Source: Bdellovibrionales bacterium RIFOXYD12_FULL_39_22 (GTDB lineage Bacteria; Bdellovibrionota; Bacteriovoracia; Bacteriovoracales; Bacteriovoracaceae). Taken from it: a stretch of 64,000 nucleotides of DNA. The DNA lies in the NCBI GenBank assembly GCA_001770205.1, contig MEQL01000055.1:1-64000 (forward strand), read 5' to 3'. The position numbers and the translations under genes were made by a program. Below are positions 38,734-51,400 of this stretch, piece after piece. The notes under the pieces were generated by a model. The model saw only the letters and a program-made list of their open reading frames with translations. It had not been told where the DNA came from and ran no database searches. Each line of letters starts with the position of its first letter. Position 1 is the first letter of the stretch.

Positions 38734-39303
38734 ATGCTCATAAAAAAAATTACCAACTTTTTCAACTCAATCCGTGGCCTCGGTTATGTGGATGCGGTAG
38801 TAGGTGTTTCTATCTTAGGCATCGTAGCTATCGTTGCTATTAAGATTGTCGAAGTCCGATATGATAAAAAATCTAGCGTTAAGATATCCAACGAGATCTA
38901 CGCCTACGTTAGCAAGGTTAAAAAAAACATTACCCAACAGACGGCCTGTCGAAAAACTTTTGAAGGGCGAAATTTAGTTCGTCAATCTCATAAAATCACC
39001 TCAATCTTAAATGCAGGCGGAACCCGCGTATATGGAATTGGCGATGATGTAATGGGCCGCTACACCGTGGTTAATATGACAACCACTAACGGCAATCTTG
39101 ATTACGATAGTAACGGTATCTTTTCTATAAAAGTTAGCTTTAAAGAACAGTCTGCTCAAGGTGACGGAAACAAATTAATCAACACCTCCATAAACATTTA
39201 TGGAAACGTGGATGGTAAAGGCCACATCATGTATTGCTACGCCGACGACGATGGATTCATTATTCGCTCACTGAAAAATGCCTGTCGAAAATTAGACAAC
39301 TAA
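38734..39303 (+). CDS. Type IV pilin-like / pseudopilin protein
   Basis: Basic leader ending IRG, then hydrophobic LGYVDAVVGVSILGIVAIVAI; ACRKTF and C-terminal Cys residues. Confidence 0.6.
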   Translation: MLIKKITNFFNSIRGLGYVDAVVGVSILGIVAIVAIKIVEVRYDKKSSVKISNEIYAYVSKVKKNITQQTACRKTFEGRNLVRQSHKITSILNAGGTRVYGIGDDVMGRYTVVNMTTTNGNLDYDSNGIFSIKVSFKEQSAQGDGNKLINTSINIYGNVDGKGHIMYCYADDDGFIIRSLKNACRKLDN

Positions 39304-39451
39304 ATTACCAGATCACTCAAAATCAAACCTGCGACAATATAAAATAGCGCAATAACTCAAACATTATCTTACATCGGAACACTCTGCTATTTTTACAATA
39401 GACTTTTAAAATCAAGTTAGAAACAATTTACCCCTGAGTATAATTCAAAAA

Positions 39452-39475
39452 AAGTAGACAATCGGATGTCTACTT
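39452..39475 (+). promoter_or_regulatory. 9-bp inverted repeat between a TATAAT box and the RBS
   Basis: AAGTAGACA-atcgga-TGTCTACTT just after TATAAT (39439-39444). Confidence 0.45.
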
Positions 39476-39494
39476 CAAGTTCAAGGAGGATCAT

Positions 39495-40394
39495 ATGAAC
39501 AGAATTTATCTCTTGTTTGCATTAGTAGTTGTAGCTCTCAGTTTTGATGGTTCGTCTTCGACATCAACCTCCAAAATGCTTCCTTCATTTTTACCAGAAA
39601 ATGATTGGCATATTGGCGTGCATGATAAAAAAGCTTCCCGAACAATGACTGAACAGATTTTTAACGATGTTATTACTAGAATTAATAATATCTACACTCC
39701 AGTAGTTGAAAGAAGAGGTAATATTCTTAAAATCAACTCCTCCTGGAGTGACGACACCGTCAACGCCTATGCGCAACAAACCGGCAATACTTGGCAAATA
39801 AATCTCTTTGGCGGACTGGCCCGACACCAGGCAATAACTCCTGATGGCTTTGCCATGGTCGTATGCCATGAAATGGGACACCACATTGGTGGAGCGCCAA
39901 AAAAGACCAGTTGGTTTGGCACAATCTGGGCCAGTAGCGAAGGCCAAGCTGATTACTACAGCTCGGCAAAATGTGTTAAGCGCTATTTTGCGGAAGATAA
40001 CAACGTAGATATTGTTGCCGCGATGAATGTGGATCCAATTGCCACTCAAAAATGTAATCAAGCTTTTTCAAATCCTGAAGAGATTGCAATGTGCCAACGA
40101 GCGGCCATGGCCGGACTTGCGCTAGGCAAACTTTTTGAAGATCTATTGAACGAAACAACCCCTATTAAATTTTCTACTCCCGATCAAACAGTTGTATCTA
40201 GAACAAATACTGGCGGATATCCTCCGACTCAATGTCGTTTTGATACTTATTTTGCCGGCGCTCTTTGCGACAAAGATGTCACCGTTGATCCTAGTGATGA
40301 TAGCGACGATGAAAATGAAGGCTTCTGTGCCGCCAAAGACAACTACACTCTTGGCACTCGCCCACTCTGCTGGTTTAAACCGGCCAGAAATTAA
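39495..40394 (+). CDS. Secreted Cys-rich zinc metalloprotease (M48-like)
   Basis: Signal peptide, VNAYA, CHEMGHH, SEGQADYY, RPLCWF. Confidence 0.85.
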   Translation: MNRIYLLFALVVVALSFDGSSSTSTSKMLPSFLPENDWHIGVHDKKASRTMTEQIFNDVITRINNIYTPVVERRGNILKINSSWSDDTVNAYAQQTGNTWQINLFGGLARHQAITPDGFAMVVCHEMGHHIGGAPKKTSWFGTIWASSEGQADYYSSAKCVKRYFAEDNNVDIVAAMNVDPIATQKCNQAFSNPEEIAMCQRAAMAGLALGKLFEDLLNETTPIKFSTPDQTVVSRTNTGGYPPTQCRFDTYFAGALCDKDVTVDPSDDSDDENEGFCAAKDNYTLGTRPLCWFKPARN

Positions 40395-40416
40395 TTAGAA
40401 AAATAGTTTATTTCTC

Positions 40417-40438
40417 AGGGGGCAAGTTCTTGCCCCCT
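40417..40438 (+). terminator. GC-rich hairpin after the protease gene
   Basis: AGGGGGCAAG-tt-CTTGCCCCCT; no downstream U-tract on the plus strand. Confidence 0.5.
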
Positions 40439-40653
40439 CCACCCACTTCATGCGGCCAAATACTATACAGAAGCGATTATACTAAATTAAATTCCAGAAA
40501 AACCGAGATGGTTAGTTAAATAGAGGAAGCTGGTAAAATTTTGTGCTTAGTTTGCAAGCATACAAGCAAGGAGTAACCCAAAATGAGATACTGGTTTTTA
40601 GGATTATTTATTCTAATTTTAATTAATATGACCAATACCTAAGAAGTGGCCAA

Positions 40654-41787
40654 TTATGCCGCATCTGCTTGTTCTAACTTTTCCACCCAATCAGGTGTAG
40701 TAAAAGTGCTTCGAGGAAACGGAAGCTTGTTAACAACTATATCAGAAAAAAATGATGGCACATAATTACAAGGAACCATCTCTCCAATATATTTCCCTGT
40801 TTTAGCATCCTTTCCCGTCTGTACCCAGCGAAAAATATGTTTAACAATATAATTTCCGTGGTTATCCACTCCCAGCACTTCGGATATGTAGGAAACGCGC
40901 CGGCCACCATCATGATAGCGCGCACATTGAACAATAATTTTTACCGCACTCCCCACCATCTTCTTGATAGCATCGGGAGGTATCCTGGTATCACCAATCA
41001 GGCACAAGCTTTCCAAGCGCGTACAAGTATCTAACGGGTTGTTCGCATGAACGGTTCCCATGCTACCATCATGGCCAGTATTCATAACTTGAATTAAGTC
41101 TAGTGCCTCTTCACCCCGTACCTCTCCGACAATTACGCGATCAGGCCTTAGACGCATGGCCGATAAAACCAACTCACGAATAGAGACTTCTTTAACTCGC
41201 AAATCATCGTTGGCCTTTCTTGCCTCAAAAGGAACTACATGCTCTGAGTGTATTTGCAATTCCGCAGAATCTTCTATGATGATCAAGCGCTGCGCTTTAG
41301 GAACTCTGCCTCCTAAGATATTAAGCAAGGTGGTTTTTCCAGAACCTGTTCCCCCCGAAACAATAATATTTTTTCCTAAAAAAACGGCAATATCCAAAAA
41401 ACGCGCTCCTGCGGCGGAAAGCGCTCCGCTACTAATAAGATCCTTCAAGGTTAACTCTTCTTTAGCAAACTTTCGAATGGCCACCGTCGTTCCTCTTCTG
41501 GCCATCGGCGGCAATACTACGTGAATTCGAGAGCCGTTGGGAAGACGAGCATCTAGGCGCGGACTGTCCTGATCGATCACTCGCCCCACTGATTGTGCTA
41601 CTGAACGAAAAGCTGCCAACAGAGCTGCTTCATTTTGAAATTTGTTAGGAACTTTGTAAACCAATCCCTTACGCTCTACAAAAATTTCCTCCGCACCATT
41701 GATCATAATTTCTGAGACCGTCGGATCATCTAAAAGATCTTTGATGGGAGAAAGGTAATTTGAAATGGCATCTGAAAAAACTGACAT
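40654..41787 (-). CDS. cpaF: CpaF/TadA family pilus assembly ATPase
   Basis: VSEIMING, DARLPNGSR, SGGTGSGKTT, IEDSAEL, LRPDRVIVGEVRG, NTGHDG. Confidence 0.93.
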   Translation of the reverse strand: MSVFSDAISNYLSPIKDLLDDPTVSEIMINGAEEIFVERKGLVYKVPNKFQNEAALLAAFRSVAQSVGRVIDQDSPRLDARLPNGSRIHVVLPPMARRGTTVAIRKFAKEELTLKDLISSGALSAAGARFLDIAVFLGKNIIVSGGTGSGKTTLLNILGGRVPKAQRLIIIEDSAELQIHSEHVVPFEARKANDDLRVKEVSIRELVLSAMRLRPDRVIVGEVRGEEALDLIQVMNTGHDGSMGTVHANNPLDTCTRLESLCLIGDTRIPPDAIKKMVGSAVKIIVQCARYHDGGRRVSYISEVLGVDNHGNYIVKHIFRWVQTGKDAKTGKYIGEMVPCNYVPSFFSDIVVNKLPFPRSTFTTPDWVEKLEQADAA

Positions 41788-41789
41788 AT

Positions 41790-42299
41790 TTAATCCTTCG
41801 GCATCCAAGCGGATGCCGCCAGTGCTCTGCTGCCAGCGTCACTATTATAACTGTTCTTGCTGTGAATATTTTTATTTTCGCTTTTGCTCACTGGTTGATT
41901 ATATTTGCGCTCACGTTTTATCACCGAGACTCGCCCCTTGATTTTCCCCGTTGGGCAAAAAAATTCAAACTCTCCACCAGCAGAAAAATAGACCTCCGTC
42001 TCTGCTACTTTTCCTTTTTGTACTGCAAGAAAGATATTTTTATCGGGCATACTAAAACAACTAGGAAGCTCAGTAGTGCTCGTGATAAAAAAACGAATCC
42101 GCTCCCCTTCAAAGGCCAAGATACTCTTGGGATAATACCCTTCCTTTGTAATGATGACGGAGTACTCTCTAATTGGAAAATCGTACTGCACTGGCCGGCC
42201 ATGTTGGACATAGTCTAGGCCCAAGGCCGGGAAGATAAGCAGGCCACTTATACTTACTGGTAGTAGGCCTAGTAGCAAATTTAGTAATTTAATAAACAC
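41790..42299 (-). CDS. Exported cupredoxin-like domain protein
   Basis: GYYPKSILAFEGERIRF...GEFEFFCPTGKIKG; exact start uncertain. Confidence 0.7.
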   Translation of the reverse strand: MFIKLLNLLLGLLPVSISGLLIFPALGLDYVQHGRPVQYDFPIREYSVIITKEGYYPKSILAFEGERIRFFITSTTELPSCFSMPDKNIFLAVQKGKVAETEVYFSAGGEFEFFCPTGKIKGRVSVIKRERKYNQPVSKSENKNIHSKNSYNSDAGSRALAASAWMPKD

Positions 42300-42338
42300 C
42301 TCCTGCGGCCGATCAAATTAGTCCAAATACCTAGCTTC

Positions 42339-42365
42339 TTATCGGGGATTTTGCAGAAAACTTTA
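42339..42365 (-). promoter_or_regulatory. sigma28/FliA-like promoter for the cupredoxin-cpaF pair
   Basis: Minus strand TAAA-N15-CCCGATAA; a second ACCGATAA box lies at 42382-42389. Confidence 0.7.
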
Positions 42366-42443
42366 CCTTCTCACTCAACAATTATCGGTGTATGGGATTG
42401 ATTTTAGATAGACATACTTTTGTAGTCCAAATTTTCTGCTTCT

Positions 42444-45400
42444 CTACTTGATCCAGATCATGATGTTATCAATGGCCCAGGATTCGTTGGCGGTGCTTTC
42501 ATTAAAAGTTCCGATAAAAGTAAAGCTAGCTGTATCGTCTGAATGAGCGACTGTTTTATCTTGTATCCAATGGCCATCATATTCATATGAATCGTTATCA
42601 ATATCAATATTATTAATATTATTCCACCCAGTACTATATGCGGCCGTTGGCAGGGCATTATAGTCTTTGGAATATACCTGGGTTGATCCCCCAGGAAATG
42701 TTATTGTTACATTTTCATTATCCCATGAATCTATCGAATACAATCTAGACGAAAACTTCAACGAGTCATGACTAATTCCCTGCATCGATATATTATTCAA
42801 ATTGCTCGTAACATTAAAAAGGCCATTAATATACGACATTCCACCATCCCACCTCATCCACATTTTCGTAGTTGTAGTCATAGTCACATTATCCATGGTT
42901 CCTTGTGGATTATCATAAACCACTCTCGTCCAACCTCCTCCATCAGAAGACATATCGCAATAAGCAGCGAAGGTGCCATTTGTGTTGCTACTAATCCAAT
43001 ACCATCCATCCTGGCGTTGCATTGAAAGATCTGAGGATAAAATTGTGTTACAGGCCGAAGCAGTTGCGACAGTTGGATTTTTATAACTATCGCCAGGATA
43101 ATCGGAATCATACTCTACCTGTGGATATACCCGCTTAATAAAACCATCCTCTGTTCCAAACGCCAAATCATAATCATTAACATCATCACGCTGGAAGGCG
43201 AATATGCTTTTTACATTAGAACTATTAAAAGTGTAGTGTGACGCCGCTTTAGATAGTTCGATCTTATGAGCAAAAGGTATTTTATATATGTAAGAAGAAG
43301 AATCAACTCCGACATACTTAGCTGCAATCATTTCCGATAATGTTCCAAGAGATGCCGTGGTGGTGTTAATAGCAATTTGAGTAAATATATTACCGTCGCT
43401 TACATCACCAGGAAGATATGGATAGGCAGACCAAACATTTGGATCACCTGACACGGTGGCAGAGGTGTATACACTTCCCGCGACAACTCCGTATTCTGCA
43501 GAATTATAAAACTTGTCACCGGTTTCATTAAAGTGGTACAGCATAGCAACGTTTGCATTTTTTTGATATAATTCAAACGCCACAGGTATGGCCCCTGAGA
43601 ATGATGTGCCATCGTTAATAATGGCCAATTCATCAAAACATCCATGAAATGCGTTATTCCCACTTCCATCTGCTCCAACATAAACTTCTCTAGTGTCAGC
43701 TCCCACATACTCTGTATTAAATCTATATCCGGCATCAAATGTTAAGGCGTATTCTATTCCGTTGACATACAAATGTGATGTTCCACCGTTGGTATTTGAA
43801 AGTATTAATTTAACACTATACCACGCACCTATAGTAATTGTAGGGCCAGTTATAAAGAATGTCTTTCTTGTAGTAATACTTTGATTCCAAGCACGAATTT
43901 CTACCACGATATTATTCCCCGAATCTATATATAATTGAAAATTTCCACTAGAATTTAACAGGTCTGCTGGTTGATGGGTATGCTCTACTAATACCTTATC
44001 AGCAGAATCAGATAGTGCCATAAATCTAAAAACATAAGAAAGATCATTTGGTTGAAATGTCATTCCATCACCGAGTCGCAAATGCGTATTTGTATTACCC
44101 GTCTCATTACCCAAGCAAACTACATTCCCGTAAGTCGCTGGGCCACCGAAAGTGAAAGTCGAATCATCGCCTTTTGTAATAATCCTACGAACAGATGATT
44201 GAGCTGCATTCATTCGTTCATGAATATCTACAATACCCGTATCGGTTGCCAACAATAATGTATTATTAGTTGAAGGAGCGGTGTCACTGATATTTGAAGC
44301 GTTGGTAATCACTTTCATATCATTTATTTCATTCCACGATGTGCCCGAAATCTGTGTAGAATACGTATAGGCAGAATTCCATGCGGGAGCTGTAGATGGC
44401 GATACTGGATAATTGGCCCTATAACGAACAACATTGTTATTGGCATTGGTAAAATATACAAACCCAGCAGTAGGAGTTGCCGCTGTATCATTTAGCGACA
44501 TTTCTACTTTTCTCGAAGTATCTCCAATATCGGAAATTTGTACAAACCCATAAGTCGCGGCCGCCGTTCCAGAAGCAATATTGGCCAGCGCAACATTTGT
44601 TGAACCCCCAATAACCAAATAATTTCTAGTAGAAGTAGATAGTGTATCCAGCGACCGAATTTGTCCTAAGGACATCATGGAATTAAATATACTACCACCT
44701 GTTGTAGTTGCGATGTTACGATTTACAATACCACTTCCATAGTACTGGGAAGTAGTACCAGTGTTGGTCTCTACCCGATAAAATCTATCTCTTTTGAAAT
44801 TAAGCTCTACAAAACCTTCATTAAATCCAGCATAAATTCTACCATCGGTAGCTGTAATGGCGTTAGGCCCTGTCCAATTTGGATATGCACGATTGACGCC
44901 TTTGGCAAATTTCATCCATACTTTGTTCGTTTTAGCATCAACGATATCAATGCCGCTTGATGTACCAATGATGAAAGCATGTGATGGAAATTCTTTTTTC
45001 GGCCCACGCACGCTGCTTGTGCCAGATGCCTCTGTATACCAGGAAGCATTCGTATAAGAAGTTCTCCATGACTCCCCGGAAGCGTCCCAATAATAGCTCG
45101 CTAAAATATCATCACCGCTTAATACATCCCGGACCGCACTACAAAATGTGTCAGAGGAACTATCACAGACTTCGCTGACACTATTTGCCAGACGTTCAGC
45201 GGGAACACCGGCCACATCAATGTATATTGTCGCTGTCGTAGAGGTAAATGTTCCAAAGGTAAAGTTTAAAGTTCCTGTTCCCTCTTTTACGCCCACAAGC
45301 GATACGCAATTTACACCTGCAATACAACCTGTATAATCAGCAACCGTATATGCCAAAGATCCACCAGCACCCCAACTGTTGGCCGCAGCGGTGCTAATCG

Positions 45401-48400
45401 CCATATAATTTCCAAATTTGTCAAAGGCCGAAGGATAAACTTCAAACGAGTTATCAACTGACATATTAGAAATACCCAAGGTTGCAATATCGACGGCCTC
45501 TCCTCCCACAATATATGGCTCATCCAACATTCTCACGCAAGAAGTAGCATCGGCCAAAATAGAGGAAATTATCGTTTCTCCAGACAATGCTGGCCGGCCA
45601 ACCCTAGCAGCAGTGAAAGTTACGGCCACATTTTCTGCAACAGTGAAAATAGTGGTAGCATCGGCATGGCCATTTACGAAAGACATCGTAACCGTAGCAG
45701 TAGATGCACTATCTAATGCTACTCCATTTATCGTTGCATAATTTGTGAAGCTTGTGTTTACACACATATTTTCTAGCAACGCAAGCGATGGTGTTGGTTT
45801 GGTGGTAGTAGTAAAAATTATTTCCTTTATGCCATCATATGAATTTGCCGGATTCCCTACCTTCGTTTTAGCATCAATTGTGGTCACGGCCACCTGGCCT
45901 GCTTGTGGAGAAGTCGCAAAGGTAAATACAAAATAATAAGCCCCGTCTTCACCAAAAATTATTGCATCAGAAGACGCAGTAAGGCCTGCGGCAAAATCTA
46001 CTCCAGAAGCATTAACCACTGTCTCTTCAATTCCTTGAAGTAAATTTGTTAGAGTGGCCGAAGTAGCTAATGTGGGCGACGCTAATCCAACGTTAACATC
46101 AGTGGTGGTAAGAGACCATGTAGCAGAGGCCTCACTATAGAAGTTATCAAATTGGTCAAAAACCGCAGAATAGAAAGTAAGCGAATCTACCGTTCCATCA
46201 AAGGCAGTAGCATCAAATTCATTTGCAGCAACGAAGGTTAATGAACCTCCATTATTTGCCACGTTTAATATTTTAAGCGATCCAAGAGTACTATTGGGAT
46301 CCATGGTAACGGCCATAGAATCACTGACCGCTCCAAAAGTTGCACCAAGAGTTAAATTCTCTCGATGTATATTTTTATAGTAAACGTCTCCATTGTCCGT
46401 AGCGTCCAATAGCAGAGTAGTTGTGCTCACTCCACAACCGGCGGCCGTGTAGAATGAACCAGTCGAGGCACCAATAAAGGAAAAGGTCTCTGCTCTGCCA
46501 GTTATTGAGTTCTCATACACATCGGCCCGAGATAAGTTATATGCGTTACAATCCCCAGCGGTGATAAGTGCAGGGCCACTGAAGCTTAAATTATTGGTTG
46601 CCCCTGGATGCACATAAAAATTATCACTTAAGACCGAGGAAGGCTCGTTAGCAATGTTATTGGCAAATATGAATGAATTATTAGCAAAAGATCCGGCGTT
46701 AACGAACGTAATATTGGTATTCATAACACCACCGATGAAATCTGGAACTAGAAAACTATCATAACTTGGTGGTGATCCGCTGGGGGACTCAAAAGCAAGA
46801 TCTTCTAATCCCGCAAAAGCATAGGCGCCGGACTCTAAAAGCAAATCAATATCAGTAATTATATTTCCAACACTATCTTTGGCGGTAGCAGTAAGCGCAA
46901 ATGGAAATCCCGCTGTTGCGGAGGTTCCTGTAACCACAGATAACACAAATTCCTCTACCGTTTCGGCCGTCGACTGAAAGGTAAATGTTACGGAATTACT
47001 AGGAACAGATCCTGACGAAGCACTCGATAGAGTAAAAAATAAATTTCCAAAATCATTGTAGTGAAGTCCCATTACTGTACCAGAAGACGCTGCGGATAAA
47101 TCAAATGTTCCTGTATTATTCGTAACTGTTCCAACGATCTGGCCTGAGGCCGCTTGAGGAACAAGCGTTAGATCTCCATGGCCAGAAGAAGCAATGGGGT
47201 TACCCCACAAGTCTGACACTGATAAAATAACATCAAAATCCGTTGCTCCATCCGCATTAATCGGCATAGCGGTATTTGTAGTGATAAAGTAATTAGAGGT
47301 TGTCCCTGGATCAACAGTAAATACCACGGCCGCAGCGGCACCAGAAGTTCCTGCGGCCGAAACCGAGCAAGTGCTGAGATTGAAGCTCTCTGCTTTGTAG
47401 AAAGTAAAGCTGGCGCGATTGGAGGCCACACCATTCGCGAAATTGGGAGAGGTCAACATTACTGCAGCTGGAGGTGTTCCATCTGGAGCATTATGCGCAC
47501 CTGAACAGCTAAGTGAATAAGAAAGCGCATCCAAGGCCCCATCTACCCCAGTTATATCGTTCCCAACATAGTCTTTAGCGTAAACAGTGGCCCCAATTCC
47601 AGACCCAGATGTACCGCTAGTTAATCCAGCAAAATCTAGTGCAAATGATTCAAGGCCAGCGATAGAAGGATCAAAGGTGGCCGGCAACTGCAAGGAGGCC
47701 GGGGTAGTACCGGCAGAGCTGGTGGCCCGAATATTTATTGCGTGCGAAACACCATAAAGTAAATTGGAGAAAGTGTAAGAGGTAGCAACGCCACTGGACG
47801 TTCCATTGACAATGGTATCTACTAGCGGCTCATCTCCTCCTGTCTTATTAGCAAACAAAGTAAAAGTTTCACTATTGGCCGCAGGATTACCCCACGCATC
47901 GCGAGCATCGACAGTTAGGCCAAAGGCGGTTGCTCTATCCCCGAGTTGTGTCCCAGTCAGAGTATGTACCGCATAGTGATCAAAGACAGGAGTTGTCGTA
48001 CTTAACAACAACCAACCAGAAGGGTGTGATCCAGTAGTCGTTTCAACAATAGAAAATTGCTTGCTAGAAATTGCCTCATACAAGGTTGCGTTTACAACGG
48101 CCGTTCCATTCGTAAAGTTGGCGGCCACAAAAGTAAAACCAGTATCCGCTGATCCTTCCGGAGAGGTACCCATGCCATAAGTTGTAAAGGCCATAGCACC
48201 CGGAGCGAAACTGGCCCCCAGAACATTGATGTCAGCATCCCGAGCAACGGCCGTAAAGGTTACCTGCGTACCCAATGGAATTGCATCGGTTGGAGATGAA
48301 ACAGTTAATAAGAAATTATTAAATAATCCAGGATCAATTGAAAATTGGCCAGAATGTGCAGTCCCTACGCTGGCAACTGTACAATCTACTTGTCCAATGT

Positions 48401-51400
48401 TCGTTCCTGCTACTCGCGCATTAAAAGTTGTTGTACTGCCTGTATTAGGTGAGAGATCTGAGGCAGTGACTATTGAGCCGGTTCCCGACCATGAAGCAGT
48501 AGTAGCATTGGCAACAAAATTTCCTACTGTATCGTAAGTCGCACAGTACATAGGAACTGAACTATCTGCAGTAAGTGTTGTTAATGAAGTGGCATCAAAA
48601 ACTGCCCCTCCACCATCTAAGGCCGTGCGAATACAAACGTTGCTCGTGGCAGACTTGCTGATCGTTAGTGCCGGAGATGTTCCATAAATAGTTCCATCCG
48701 TGGCGATAATTTTTGTAGAAGCATTGCTAGCATTATAAAAAGTAAAGACTGCACTAGAAGAACCAATTGTACCCAGAGCAAAAGTTTCCGTAACGGCCCC
48801 ACTACCGGAAGGCATAATAGAGGTTCCCCCAATTGCCGCTTGATCAAGAGCTGTTACATTTTCAAAAGACCAGGTAAATGTTTTGGCCCCATCGAAGGCG
48901 CTACCAATATTTCCATATTGATCGATTGCATTCAATATTGCGTGATACCCACTTCCAGCAATAACCGTGGTGTTATTAAGCGCATTTAGTCCTTTAAAGG
49001 TGAAAGCGGCGGCCGGATCTGAAACAACCGCAAATGCGGAGGTTGTGAAAACTCCGCCACAAGAAGTAGTGCAATCGGCCAATGTCACCGTAACATTATT
49101 GTTGGCCGCAGCGAAAAAAGTGTTAGTGGCAACATCATGACGACTACTACCGGAGCTAAAAGAAATTAAGGTGCTGCCCGAAGCATACGATACAAAATTG
49201 GTAAAGCTTGTTCCGCTATAATTAGTTACACTACTTCCCGATGGGGCCGTATACGATAGTCGCACATATCTATCACTTGGAGAACTGGAGAGCTGACATC
49301 GTTCATCTAAAGAGTAGATGCGGAAAGTAGTAGCATCTCCGGCACCAATACTTAAACGAGAAGCGGTGTTGATGGCAGAACTATTTAGTGAAACACTGCA
49401 ATCAAAACCTGTGGGGGTGGCCGCGCTCTCCGTTACTAAATCATCTCCTGGTAATAATAGCGCTAAATGTTTATGTACCCCAGGTACTACATAAACATTT
49501 ATACTTACACTATCTGCCTCATTAATTTTATACGATCCAGAAGCAATTGTTAATACCGCAGTTCCAGAAGCAATATTTGGCAAAAAGACAACCTGAGATG
49601 TTGCAGCACTAGACGTTATTATAGGTGTAGTTGTTAAAATAGAAGTCAAATCACCAGACCAGGTAACCGAAGGAGATGTTAGCGTTCCCGATATCAAGTT
49701 TCCGTAAGCATCCAATCCTTTCGTTGAAAGAGTTACACTCGAAACAGTGCTGAGATTAAATGTTACATCAGAATAACTTGTAAGTTCTGTCGCCGTAGCA
49801 GAGGTTAAAATTTTAACACATTTTGGATTATACCCTGATTGAGTTGTTGCCGCCGTTGGGCCGCTGCTATTACTAATTTGATATTTGTTGATCTCTAAAC
49901 TATTATCGACATTAATAGTTGTTTGCGCACCAGTTTTCAAAAGGACAACACCAGGAATGGTTGCTTCTCCGCTAGTAAAAGTTATTATCGTTCCAGAAGG
50001 CTGACTCTGCAAAATTGGATCATGTGATAGTCCATCCACACAGCTAACTTCTGAGTCTATTCCTGGGCCTGTAATATTTAATTTTATTCTCTTTGTTCCA
50101 CTGTAATTGGTGGCCGTTCCTCCTACTCCTGTTTTAGCAGTAATGATAACTTTGGCCGCCTCACCAACACGAGCAACCTCCGCACTATCTGTGTCATTTT
50201 TATATTTGGCAGTAAAAGAGTACGCACCCTGTTCATAGATAGTAAATGTTCCGGATGAGTTAGTTACACCGGCAACTGTCGCTAAAACATTCAAAGAACC
50301 TGAAAAGGCCGTTCCCGTTCCAGGTGAAGCTGTATCCAAAATTAGATATGTTCCGGTGTTAGTTGTAGCGGCCACGAAAGTGGTACTGCTGTCTTCTAGA
50401 ATAAATGGTATTTTATAGGTGCTAGATCCTATTGTGCTAACGACATTCCAAGTAGCACTAACCAATGCCCCATCTGAGTTTCCATATTGATCAGAAGCCG
50501 ATACAGAGAAGGTAAATGGTTGAGTAGAGTTATAGGCCGAGCCACTTAATTGACTAGTAGTAATACCAACCCCATTAAATTTTAGCGAGGGCACGCCGCT
50601 TCCTACGGCCGCAACAATATCAACTGGTAACGAAGTAGTCGTAGCAACCGTACCACAGCTGGCGCTGGTACCACAGGAGCGCAACACTATGCGATTTGAA
50701 TAGGCATCGGATGCATTATAAATTTTTCCTGCAGAAATAGAATCTCCATAAGTACCATCAAGTGCAAAATAAAGAGAAGTAGCGGTAGCGGCCGTGGCAT
50801 AAAAAGTTGTACCCTCCGCATTAACAATATTGGAGGCATTAAAAAAGCTGAAAGAGTGATAGAGGTAAGGTTGACTTGAATCAGAAGTAATATTGCAATG
50901 CTTATCAACTTGTACAATTTGTAAATTAATATTTGCTCCAGCGGCCACTTGGCCAGCAATAGAATCAGAAAAGGCACTTGCAGATCCGTTGGCCAAAGCA
51001 CTTAATTCTGCGGAAGTAGCACAGGCCTGTTTGATGGCCGTTTCTGGCAACAGCGAGACGTAGTAAGAGAAGCTGCCAGGAATAACATTAACATTACTGA
51101 TGGTGATATCTGGATCAGTAGAGGTTAAGATTATTTCTTGTTTGGTAGCACCATCGACTCCATTTCCTAATGCCCTAATAGTGTCAAGCGCATCGTTCCC
51201 CTCAAGTCCTGAAGAAAATGAAAATGTCGTAGAAGCGGCGGCAACGTCGCCAATATAGTTTCCGGCCAAATCATACTTCGCATCATAAAATGTGGCCTGG
51301 GCATCAGAGGCAATATTGAAACCATTCGTATAAACTTCTCCAGCTCCCGCTATTTGAGAACGCAACTGATGGCAAGCGGCCGTGGCATTAGGTTCAATGC

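Noticed and set aside
42444..43100. Diversity-generating retroelement targeting the giant protein's C-terminus
   Set aside because: No reverse transcriptase and no template/variable repeat pair seen in the window.
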